Assembly: GCA_001780165.1 (NCBI GenBank)
Contig: MFFQ01000026.1
Coordinates: 10,113 to 74,112 of the forward strand
DNA: 64,000 nucleotides
Direction: 5' to 3'
Source: Candidatus Eisenbacteria bacterium RBG_16_71_46
Lineage (GTDB): Bacteria; Eisenbacteria; RBG-16-71-46
Part shown: positions 48,271 through 56,654 of the stretch, piece by piece
Layout of the letters: each line of letters opens with the position of its first letter
Numbering within the stretch: position 1 is the first letter of the stretch
Notes under the pieces: model-generated
Seen by the model: the letters and a program-made list of their open reading frames with translations, nothing else
Told to the model about the DNA's origin: nothing
Databases searched by the model: none
Translations under genes and position numbers: made by a program

Positions 48271-49172
48271 CCCCGCGGGTGTGTGTGATCGTGAACCCCG
48301 CCGCGGGCCGGGGCCGCGGGGGACGCATGCTGCCCGCGGTGCGCGCCGCGTTTTCCGCGGTGGGTGTGGGCGACGTGCGGACCACGACCGGTCCGGGTGA
48401 GGAGGGGGATCTCGCGCGACGGGCGATCGCCGAAGGGTGCACGACCCTGGTCGGCGTCGGCGGCGACGGCACCTGGAGCAACGTGGCCGCGGCCATCCTG
48501 GCGGCGGGGGCCGATTGCCGCCTCGGCCTGCTCGCGGCCGGCACCGGCAACGACTTCGCCAAGACCGTGGGGGCGCCCGCGCGCGACCTGGCCGCCAGTG
48601 CCCGGCTCGCGGTCGAGGGGCCCGATCGGCACGTGGACGTCGGGACCGTCGAGGGGCACACCTTTCTCAACATCGCCGGTTTCGGCATCGACATCGCGGT
48701 GCTCGAGGAACTCGGCCGCGTGCGCTGGCTCCGCGGCGACGCGCTCTACCTCTTCGCGGCGTTGCGCCAACTCTTCGGCTATCCGGGCCTCGAGGTCGAG
48801 GTCGCCTCGCCGGCCGGCCGGCGGGGGGGTGGGCGCCACCTCATGCTGATCATCGCCAACGCCCGCCGCTTCGGCGGCGCCTTTCACATCGCCCCCGGAG
48901 CCGACCCCGCCGACGGCCTGCTCGACGCGGTGTCGGTGCTGGACGCGCCGCTGCTCGGGCGCTTCCGGCTGTTCGGCGCCGTCACCCGGGGTCGCCACGG
49001 CGCCCACCCGGAGGTGCGGACCGAGCAGGCCGCCCGCTTCACCTTGCGCTTTCCCGCGCCCCCCGCCTACGAGACCGACGGCGAGTACCGCCGCGCGCAA
49101 TCCCGCGAGCTGGAGGTGGCGTGCCTCCCGCGCGCGATCCGCATCGTCACCCCGGTGCCGGCGGTCATGTGA
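48267..49172 (+). CDS. Diacylglycerol-kinase catalytic-domain lipid kinase (YegS/BmrU/sphingosine-kinase-like).
   Basis: VIVNPAAGRGRG followed by GVGGDGT and GTGNDFA, which is the DAGK_cat signature. ATGA overlap with the upstream gene. Confidence 0.8.
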   Translation: MTPRVCVIVNPAAGRGRGGRMLPAVRAAFSAVGVGDVRTTTGPGEEGDLARRAIAEGCTTLVGVGGDGTWSNVAAAILAAGADCRLGLLAAGTGNDFAKTVGAPARDLAASARLAVEGPDRHVDVGTVEGHTFLNIAGFGIDIAVLEELGRVRWLRGDALYLFAALRQLFGYPGLEVEVASPAGRRGGGRHLMLIIANARRFGGAFHIAPGADPADGLLDAVSVLDAPLLGRFRLFGAVTRGRHGAHPEVRTEQAARFTLRFPAPPAYETDGEYRRAQSRELEVACLPRAIRIVTPVPAVM

Positions 49173-50413
49173 TGAAGGCGATACGCTTCGCCGCACCGCT
49201 CCCGACCTACCTGCTGACGCTCGCCGCGGGGCGGCTCTCGCCGCGGTTTTACGTCGGACCGCTCGCCTGCACCCGCTACGGCGAGGTGCCCGATCCCGCG
49301 CTGCCCGCGCCGGACTGGGTCAGCGTGCGCACGCGACTCGGCGGCATCTGCGGCAGCGACCTCGCGATCGTGACCCTCGGCGCCAGCCCGTCGACCTCTC
49401 CGTTCTCGTCGTTTCCGTTCGTGCTCGGGCACGAGAACGTCGGCGAGATCGTGGAGCTCGGTGCCGACGTCCGCGGCTTCGACCGCGGGCAGCGCGTGGT
49501 GGTGAACCCGCTGCTGAGCTGCGTGCCGCGAGCGATCCGCCCGGCGTGCGCGGCGTGCGCCGCCGGACGGCCGTCGCGCTGCGCGCACTTCACCGACGGT
49601 GCCCTCGCCCCCGGGATGTTCATCGGGACCACGCGCGGCGTGGGGGGAAGCTGGGGCGAGTGTTTCACCGCCCATGCGTCCCAGCTGGTCGCCGTACCGG
49701 AGAGCCTGTCGGACGAGGAGGCGGTGTTGGTCGAGCCGCTCGCCTGCGCGGTCCACGCGGTACGCTCGCACCTGCCGCCCGCGGGGGAGCGGGCGCTGGT
49801 CGTGGGGGCGGGCTCGATCGGTCTGCTCACCGTGGCCGCGCTGCGCGCGCTGGCGCCGGCCTCACCGGTCACGGTGCTGGCGCGGCACGTCTTCCAGGGC
49901 GAGCACGCCGAGCGGCTCGGGGCGGAGCGCGTCGTGATCGCCCGCGGGAGATACGTCGACGCGCTGGCCGAGGCCGCCGGGGCGCGGTTGCTGAGACCCG
50001 TCCTCGGCGAGCGCATCGCCGTGGGCGGATTCGACCGCACGGTCGTGTGCACCGGCGACTCGCGAGCGATGGAGGACGCGCTGCGGATGACGCGCGCCGG
50101 CGGGACGATCGTACTGCTCGGCAACGCGGTCCATCTGAAGGGCGTGGATTGGGCCCCCCTGTGGCTCAAGGAGCTGACGCTGGCCGGGAGCCTGGCCTAC
50201 GGCGCCCACGCGCATGGCGGGGCGACCCGGCACGCCTTCGAGGAGGCGGTGGCGCTGATCGCGGGTGGGCGCGCTGCGGTGCGCCCGCTGGTCACGCACA
50301 CCTTCCCGCTCGCCGACCACGCGCGCGCGCTCGCGACCGCGGCCGACCGCGGCGGCGCGCACAGCATCAAGGTGGCGTTCCGGCCGGGGCCGCCGGCCCC
50401 CGGGCCCGTCTGA
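49172..50413 (+). CDS. Zinc-dependent medium-chain dehydrogenase/reductase (threonine/sorbitol dehydrogenase-like).
   Basis: GICGSDL, the structural-zinc cysteine cluster CxxCxxGxxxxC and the Rossmann motif GAGSIGL. TGATG overlap with the lipid kinase gene. Confidence 0.8.
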   Translation: MKAIRFAAPLPTYLLTLAAGRLSPRFYVGPLACTRYGEVPDPALPAPDWVSVRTRLGGICGSDLAIVTLGASPSTSPFSSFPFVLGHENVGEIVELGADVRGFDRGQRVVVNPLLSCVPRAIRPACAACAAGRPSRCAHFTDGALAPGMFIGTTRGVGGSWGECFTAHASQLVAVPESLSDEEAVLVEPLACAVHAVRSHLPPAGERALVVGAGSIGLLTVAALRALAPASPVTVLARHVFQGEHAERLGAERVVIARGRYVDALAEAAGARLLRPVLGERIAVGGFDRTVVCTGDSRAMEDALRMTRAGGTIVLLGNAVHLKGVDWAPLWLKELTLAGSLAYGAHAHGGATRHAFEEAVALIAGGRAAVRPLVTHTFPLADHARALATAADRGGAHSIKVAFRPGPPAPGPV

Positions 50414-51768
50414 TGCCGGAGGTCGATCCTCCCCCGGGACCGTCCCCGGCCGAGCCCGGCCCGCCCGCGGCCTCGGCGGGCGAGGGGACCGCCGCGCCCG
50501 CTCCGCGCCGCGCTCGCCTTCATCTTCGTTACCGTGGTGCTCGAGGTCCTGGCGCTCGGCACCATCCTGCCGGTGCTGCCGCGGCTGGTCGAGACCTTCA
50601 GGGGCGGCGATACCGCGCGCGGCCGAGATCTACGGTCTGTTCGGCACCGTCTGGGCGATGATGCAATTCGTCTTCTCTCCCGTGATGGGCGCGCTCTCCG
50701 ATCGCTTCGGTCGCCGCAAGGTGATCCTGACCTCGAACTTCGGCCTCGGCTTCGACTACATCCTCATGGCTCTGGCACCCACGATCGGCTGGCTGTTCGT
50801 GGGCCGGGTCAGCTCCGGCATCAACGGGGCGAGCTTCACCACCGCGGGCGCCTACATCGCCGACGTCACGCCTCCGGAGAAGCGTGCCGCGGGGTTCGGC
50901 ATGATGGGCGCCGCGTGGGGGCTCGGCTTCGTGCTGGGGCCGGCGCTGGGCGGCGTGCTGGGCGGGATCGATCCGCGGCTGCCGTTCTTGGGCCGCGGCG
51001 GGGATGACGCTGCTCAACGCCCTCTACGGTCTGTTCGTGCTGCCGGAGTCGCTGTCGCGCGCGCGCCGCCGAGCATTCGCCTGGCGGCGCGCCAACCCGG
51101 TCGGATCGCTCAGGCTGCTGCGCTCGCATCCCGATCTGCTCGGAATCGCCTCGGTGAGCTTCCTCTACTACCTCGCCCATCACGTCCTGGCGAGCGTCTT
51201 CATCCTCTACGCCGGCTACCGCTACGGCTGGGGCGAGACCACGGTCGGCCTCACCCTCGCGGCGGTGGGCATCTGCAACATCGCGGTGCAGGGTGGCCTG
51301 GTGCATCCGGTGGTGGCGCGCTTCGGCGAGCGACGCACGCTGCTCGTGGCGCTGTTCTTCGGCGCCGTGGGGTTCGCGATCTACGGGCTGGCTCCGACCG
51401 GTACCGCGTTCTGGCTCGGGACTCCGGTTTTTTCCGTGATCAAGCTCTACTCGCCCGCGGCCCAGGGGCTGATGACGCAGCGCGTCGGCTCCTCGGAGCA
51501 GGGACAGCTCCAGGGCGCCAACAGCAGCATCATGGGGATCACCGGGCTGTTCGGACCGGTCCTGTTCACGCTCACGTTCGCCAGCTTCATCGGCGCGCGA
51601 CGGACTTGGCACCTGCCCGGCGCCCCGTTCCTGCTCGCGGCCGCGCTGATGCTCGTCGCCGTGACTCTGGCCTGGCGCGTCACGCGCCCGCGCCGCGAAC
51701 CGTCGTCTGCCGGGAGGCGTCAGGCCGCGGAGTTGAGCGCTCCGCGGCGCCCGAGCACTTCGCGGTAG
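50413..51768 (+). pseudogene. MFS transporter (TetA/TCR-like), interrupted by two to three +1 frameshifts.
   Basis: Canonical MFS segments lie in three different frames. TM1 LAFIFVTVVLEVLALGTILPVLPRLVETF runs from 50507. AEIYGLFGTVWAMMQF...GALSDRFGRRKV...PFLG runs 50610-51000. MTLLNALYGLFVLPES... runs from 51004 to the end. The shifts fall in G/C runs near 50600 and 51000. Confidence 0.6.
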
Positions 51769-52862
51769 ACCGCCTCGATCTGATCCGTCACGCGTGGCCA
51801 GGCGAAGTCGAGCGCCCGGGTCCGACCGCGCTGGCGCAGGGCCGCCTGCCGTGCGGGATCGTCCACCAGCTGGACCAAGGTCCGGGCCAGCGCCGAGACG
51901 TCCTCGGGCGGAAAGACCAGGCTGTCCTCGCCGGGTTTGACCACCGAGCGATAGCCGGGGATGTCGGAGGCCACCACCGCGCATCCGGCCGCCATCGCCT
52001 CGAGCAGCACGATGCCGAAGCTCTCGTTCCCCGTGGCGGGAGAGACGAAGATGTCTCCGGTGGTGTACCAGCGCGGCAGGTCGGTGCTGGGCACGTGACC
52101 GAGGAAGTGCACGTGCTGGCGGATCGCGGCGGGCACGGTGGACTCGAAGTGCGATCGCAGGTAGGAATCCCCGACGATCAGTAACCGGGCGCGATAGCGG
52201 GTGCGCTCCAGCACCTCCGGCATCGCGCCCAGCAGGTGCTGCAGGCCCTTGCGCGGGTCGAGCCGGCCCACGAACAGCAGGTTCACACGCTGCGGGTCGC
52301 GCCACTCCTCGAACGGCGGGGCGTCGGCCCGGAAACGCTCGACGTCGACCCCGTTGGGGATGACGTGGTAGGGCCCCGGGTAGTACCGCGCCGCCGAATC
52401 GCGGGCGGTGCGCGAGACCGCGATGCGCGCGTCGAGGCGTCCGACGGTGTCGCTCAGGTACGACTTGAAGGTGTCCTGCAGAAAGCTGCGCCCGGCAGTG
52501 GTGTGGAAGGTCCCGACCTGCGCGCAACGCGCGGCCCGCACCGCGAGGATGGGCAGGCTGGGGGCGTTCGGGCTGTGGGTATGCAGCAGGTCGAAATCGT
52601 GCTTCCGGATCAGACCGCGCAGTTGCCGGCTCAGGTTCAGGCCGAGCGTGAAGTCCACGAACGCGCGATTGAACGGTATCAGGATGTTGTAGCCCACACG
52701 CTCGACGCCCGCTGCGTGATTGGACTCCCCGTCGCGGAAGCGGCTGGTGATGATCGTCACCTCGTGGCCGCGCCGGCGCAGCTCGACGGCGGTCGAGTGC
52801 ACGTGCTCGGTGACGCCGCCGTAGCGCGGGTAGTAGGACTGGGTGACGATTCCGATCTTCAC
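51720..52862 (-). CDS. GT4 glycosyltransferase, PimA-like (phosphatidylinositol alpha-mannosyltransferase-like).
   Basis: VKIGIVTQSYYPRYGGVTEHV at the N-terminus and ESFGIVLLEAMAAGCAVVASD in the C-terminal half. Length 380 aa. It starts at GTG with GGAG upstream. The track ORF 51720..53801 is over-extended. Confidence 0.7.
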   Translation of the reverse strand: MKIGIVTQSYYPRYGGVTEHVHSTAVELRRRGHEVTIITSRFRDGESNHAAGVERVGYNILIPFNRAFVDFTLGLNLSRQLRGLIRKHDFDLLHTHSPNAPSLPILAVRAARCAQVGTFHTTAGRSFLQDTFKSYLSDTVGRLDARIAVSRTARDSAARYYPGPYHVIPNGVDVERFRADAPPFEEWRDPQRVNLLFVGRLDPRKGLQHLLGAMPEVLERTRYRARLLIVGDSYLRSHFESTVPAAIRQHVHFLGHVPSTDLPRWYTTGDIFVSPATGNESFGIVLLEAMAAGCAVVASDIPGYRSVVKPGEDSLVFPPEDVSALARTLVQLVDDPARQAALRQRGRTRALDFAWPRVTDQIEAVYREVLGRRGALNSAA

Positions 52863-53764
52863 GCTTCCAGGCTCCGGGCCGCCCCGGCCGGCGCCTCGTG
52901 CTCGCTCGGCATGCCCTCCCACAGCGGGCGGAATATGCACCACTGCCCCAGGTGCTCGCGGATGTGGCGTTCGACGGTCGTGGCCACGGCCGTGTGGAGG
53001 GCGTCGGTGCTGGCAAAGGTCTCGGGATCGAGCGGGGGCTCGAGCACGATGCGAAAGCGGCCGGGCTCGAGTCGCTCGCAGTAGCCGCAGATGATGAGCG
53101 CTCCGGTGCGCTGCGCCAGCACGCCGGGCCCGGCGGGGAAGGGGGTCTCGCGCCCAAACATCTCGACGCTCGTTCCGTGTCGATAGACGTCGCCGTCCAC
53201 CATCAGGGCGACGAAGTCGTTGTGCTCGAGCGCGCGCAGCAGCCGCCGGAAGCCATCTTCGGGCGCCACGGTGTGGATGGCGAGCTCGCTCTTCGTCTCG
53301 CGCACCGCGGGGGTGAGCCAGCGGCTGATCTGCACGCCCGCCACCGCGAAGATGGTGTAGCCCCAATGCGCGAGCATCACCGCCCCCAGCTCCCAGTTCC
53401 CGATGTGGGTCGAAGCCAGGATCACGCCGCGCCCACGCGCCGCCGCGCGCTCGAGGTGCTCGCGCCCCACCACCTCGATCGAGTCGAGCAGGTCCTCGCG
53501 GGTGAGGTGGGGGAGACGGAAGAACTCGAACAGCATGCAGTTGTAGCTGTACATCATCGAGCGGACCACCCGCAGGCGCTCGCGCCGGGTGGCGCGCGGC
53601 ATCGCCGCGGCGAGGTTGGTGAGCGCGGCGTGCCGGCGGGCGGGAAACGCCCGAAAATGCAGTTCGGTGAGCACGCGGGCGAGGAAGTACCCCACCCTCA
53701 AAGGTAGGCCAGCCATCAGGGATGTCAGCCAGCCGAAAACGAGTCGAGACATCCTGTTCCCCAC
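52859..53764 (-). CDS. LpxL/HtrB-family lipid acyltransferase (PatA-like).
   Basis: The LABLAT/LpxL-family acyltransferase HX4D motif STHIGNWELG. Length 301 aa. Its stop overlaps the pimA-like GTG start (GTGA). Confidence 0.65.
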   Translation of the reverse strand: MGNRMSRLVFGWLTSLMAGLPLRVGYFLARVLTELHFRAFPARRHAALTNLAAAMPRATRRERLRVVRSMMYSYNCMLFEFFRLPHLTREDLLDSIEVVGREHLERAAARGRGVILASTHIGNWELGAVMLAHWGYTIFAVAGVQISRWLTPAVRETKSELAIHTVAPEDGFRRLLRALEHNDFVALMVDGDVYRHGTSVEMFGRETPFPAGPGVLAQRTGALIICGYCERLEPGRFRIVLEPPLDPETFASTDALHTAVATTVERHIREHLGQWCIFRPLWEGMPSEHEAPAGAARSLEA

Positions 53765-54046
53765 TCTCCAAGAAACGGCGGGCAGGCCGATTGCGCCGCA
53801 ACGTACGGCTTGGCTGGAAACCCTGTCAAGCCCGGACCGGGGCGCATTCCCGGCGCACGCACGCCTGATCCGGCGTGCTGCCAGCGGGTTGCGGCGTTCG
53901 GTGATTGACCTGCCGCGGTCCGCCCACTACGATGCGCGCAAGCCTTGGATGGCGAAGCCGGGCCCGGGCCCGGCTTCGCGCGTCGTCGCGGCGCGGCGGC
54001 CGCCCGCGGCGATCGCCGTCGCGTGGTTTCGCCGGGAGGAACGCCG

Positions 54047-54463
54047 ATGTCCAGCCAAAAACTGGTGCGTTGCGAGTTGCGTCCCCGGGGAAAGAACGCG
54101 CCGGGCTCCCCGCGCTACATCCCGCTCGAGATCTTCGGTCTCTGGGAATACATGATGAGCACCAAACACGCCTTCGAGGTGCTCGACGCCCGGGCCTCGC
54201 TGTGGCTGGACATGGAAGACTCTCCGGAGGCGGCTTACAGCGCGGGCCAATACGAGCGGGTGACCGAGGTCACGGCGTTCGTCTATTCGGGCCGCGACGA
54301 GATGTTCACCCGGGCCTGCCGCTACTTCCCCTCGGAGCAGATCGACCACCTCAAGCCGATCTTCCTCTCCCACTACCAGGACAATGGTTCCAGGCTCCAG
54401 ACCCAAGTGCGCGAGCGCGTGGGGATCTGGCTCCACCGCGACTCCACCACGACCACGATCTGA
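54047..54463 (+). CDS. Hypothetical protein.
   Basis: 138-aa ORF with GGGAGGA 7 nt upstream of the ATG. No recognisable motif. About 410 nt of non-coding sequence with GC-rich hairpins follows it. Confidence 0.4.
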   Translation: MSSQKLVRCELRPRGKNAPGSPRYIPLEIFGLWEYMMSTKHAFEVLDARASLWLDMEDSPEAAYSAGQYERVTEVTAFVYSGRDEMFTRACRYFPSEQIDHLKPIFLSHYQDNGSRLQTQVRERVGIWLHRDSTTTTI

Positions 54464-54875
54464 ACACCCCGGTGGGGCCCAACCCCCGCCCGCATGCCCG
54501 CTTGCGCCGCCGGCCTCCCGGCCGGGAGCACCACGGCGAGCCGCCCCCCCGGGGGGCGTCGCCCGCGCCAGCCCTCCGGAATTCGCTGAAGGCCGTCTTT
54601 CTGCCCGCCGATACACCGCGCGAAGGATGGTGCCCGCGTGGCGTCGAGCGGGGGGGCCTGCGGCGCCCCCGCTTCGGAGCGCGACGCCGGGCGCTCGCAC
54701 AGGAGATGCGCGACCCCATCCGGTGCGTGAGGGCTCGATCGGGCCTCGTGCGTCAGGCATGGGTGCCGTCGAACGGTTCGATCCACCTTCGAAGTACCTT
54801 TGGAGAAAGGGCGGCAAGGGGCTCCATGGGAATCCGCTTCGTGACAGGGTGGGGTCGCACAGGGAGGAACACACC

Positions 54876-55970
54876 GTGGTCGTGGTGAGCTATTCGGGCA
54901 AGGAGATCAACGCCAAGCTGGTGTACTACGGCGCCGGCCTGAGCGGGAAGACCACTAACCTCGAAGCCATCTACGAGGCTGTGCCCGAGACCAGCCGCGG
55001 CAAGATGGTGAGCATGAAGACACAGTCGGATCGCACCCTGTTCTTCGACCTGCTTCCGCTGGACCTGGGCGAGATCATGGGGTTCAAGACGCGCTTCCTG
55101 CTGTACACGGTCCCCGGGCAGGTGTTCTACAACGCCACCCGCAAGCTGGTGCTCAAGGGGTCGGACGCCATCGTGTTCGTCGCCGACAGCGAAGTCGGCA
55201 AGATGGAGGAGAACAAGGAGAGCCTCGCCAACCTGCGCGCGAACCTGGCCGAGTACAACCTCAGCCTCGATCAGATCGCCTGGGTGATCCAGTACAACAA
55301 GCGCGACCTCCCGAACGTGTACACGATCGAGGAGCTGAACGCCGAGCTCAATCCGGGCGGCAAGGTGCCGTTCTTCGAGGCCGTGGCCACCCAGGGCAAG
55401 GGCGTGTTCGAAACCTTCCGCGGAATCTCCCACATGCTGATGGAGAAGGTGACGCGGGACCTGCGGCGGGCCCCCGGGGGCTCCGGCTCGCGGCCGACGC
55501 ACCCGGCCGCCGAGGCCCCGGCTCCGCCCGCCCGTCATGCCCAAGCCGCCGCACCGTCCGCGCCAGGGCACGTGATCGCCCGCGAGGCCTTCCAGAGCCC
55601 GGCGTTCGAGGAGAACGGCTCCGAGCAGGTGGACTACGGTCGCGAGATCGAGCTGCCGGAGGAGATTCCGGCGCCGCGCGCGAGCGCCGCACCGCGGGCC
55701 CAGGCCGCTCCCCCGGCGGCGCCCGCCGCGCCCGCGCCGGTCCGCGAGCCCAGCCGGCCGGCGCCGCGCGCCGCGGTGGCGACGCCCCACGCCCCTGCGC
55801 CGCCGGCGCCCCAGGCTCAGGCGCCCGCAGCGCGCCCACGGCCCTCGATCGAGGCGCTGGCCCGCGTCGAGGCCGAGGCGCGGAGCGACGCAGTGGTGGT
55901 TCCGATCACGATTCCGCGCGGCACCTCGCGCGAGATCGTGCTGCGGATCGTCATCAGCGACGGCGAGTAG
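54876..55970 (+). CDS. MglA-like Ras-superfamily small GTPase with a Pro/Ala-rich C-terminal extension.
   Basis: The N-terminal ~190 aa align with MglA (SYSGKEINAKLVYYGAGLSGKTTNLEAIYE, TVPGQVFYNATRKL and NKRDL are the G1, G3 and G4 motifs). Next comes a ~130-aa PA-rich low-complexity segment, then a ~35-aa C-terminal domain. GTG starts 7 nt after GGGAGGA. Confidence 0.7.
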   Translation: MVVVSYSGKEINAKLVYYGAGLSGKTTNLEAIYEAVPETSRGKMVSMKTQSDRTLFFDLLPLDLGEIMGFKTRFLLYTVPGQVFYNATRKLVLKGSDAIVFVADSEVGKMEENKESLANLRANLAEYNLSLDQIAWVIQYNKRDLPNVYTIEELNAELNPGGKVPFFEAVATQGKGVFETFRGISHMLMEKVTRDLRRAPGGSGSRPTHPAAEAPAPPARHAQAAAPSAPGHVIAREAFQSPAFEENGSEQVDYGREIELPEEIPAPRASAAPRAQAAPPAAPAAPAPVREPSRPAPRAAVATPHAPAPPAPQAQAPAARPRPSIEALARVEAEARSDAVVVPITIPRGTSREIVLRIVISDGE

Positions 55971-56062
55971 CGCTTATCGCGCGATTTGACCAAAGCTTGA
56001 AACCCGCGGCGGCGGTCATCGTTCCGGTTGACTTCGGAGGCGCGGGTTCCTACCTTCATCCC

Positions 56063-56518
56063 ATGCGCCACTCGACTCTGCTCGCGGCACCCGTCCTGAT
56101 GATCGCCCTCGCGCTGCTCGCGGGACCCACGGCGGCGCAGTCGCCGCTCGGCATGCCCGCGCTCGGCGCGTACTCGCCCAGAGTCCCGGTGACCGGACTC
56201 GGCCTCGCGAGTTGGTTCGACCCCTCGCGCCTCCATCTGTCCACGTCGGTGAGCGTGGGCACGGGCTTCGGCGGCGGCGCCCAGGGGCTGCAGGTCACCA
56301 GCCTGAACTACCAGTTCCGCGCGCCGATGACGATGAGCGTGAGTCTCGGCAACGCCCTCGGCGGCCCCGCCGGCGCCCGTGGCTCCTCGATCTTCCTCGA
56401 GGGCCTGCGCATGGCCTACCAGCCGAGCCCGTCGATGCTCTTCCAGATCCGCTACCAGGATCTCCGCTCGCCGCTGCAGTACCAGTCCTCACCGTACGAT
56501 CCCTTCCGGTTCCACTAG
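56063..56518 (+). CDS. Small secreted protein with a signal peptide (hypothetical).
   Basis: MRHSTLLAAPVLMIALALLAGPTAAQSP looks like a Sec signal peptide with an AXA site. A promoter-like TTGACT-17-TACCTT lies upstream. Confidence 0.45.
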   Translation: MRHSTLLAAPVLMIALALLAGPTAAQSPLGMPALGAYSPRVPVTGLGLASWFDPSRLHLSTSVSVGTGFGGGAQGLQVTSLNYQFRAPMTMSVSLGNALGGPAGARGSSIFLEGLRMAYQPSPSMLFQIRYQDLRSPLQYQSSPYDPFRFH

Positions 56519-56647
56519 TCTCTGTCTGGAAAGGCCCGAATGGCTGCGTTGCGCGGTCGGCTCCTCGCTCCAACGTGGCCAGAAGGCCACGATTCCGCTC
56601 GTCGCTCGACCGCGACGCCTTGCCCTCGGGCGTTTCCAGACAGAGCC
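56518..56647. repeat. Palindromic repeat element, family A, copy 3.
   Basis: AGTCTCTGTCTGGAAAGGCCC...GGGCGTTTCCAGACAGAGCCT. It has the shared core and a shorter internal hairpin (CGTGGCCagaaGGCCACG). It lies between the secreted-protein stop codon and the trpA start. Confidence 0.85.
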
Positions 56648-56654
56648 TGATCGG

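Noticed and set aside
53791-53915. Approximate inverted repeat (GATTGCGCCGCAAC ... GTTGCGGCGTTCGGTGATTG) upstream of the patA-like gene.
   Set aside because: The match is imperfect, short, single-copy and AT-poor. It could be a chance palindrome in GC-rich DNA, or an operator. There is too little support to call it.
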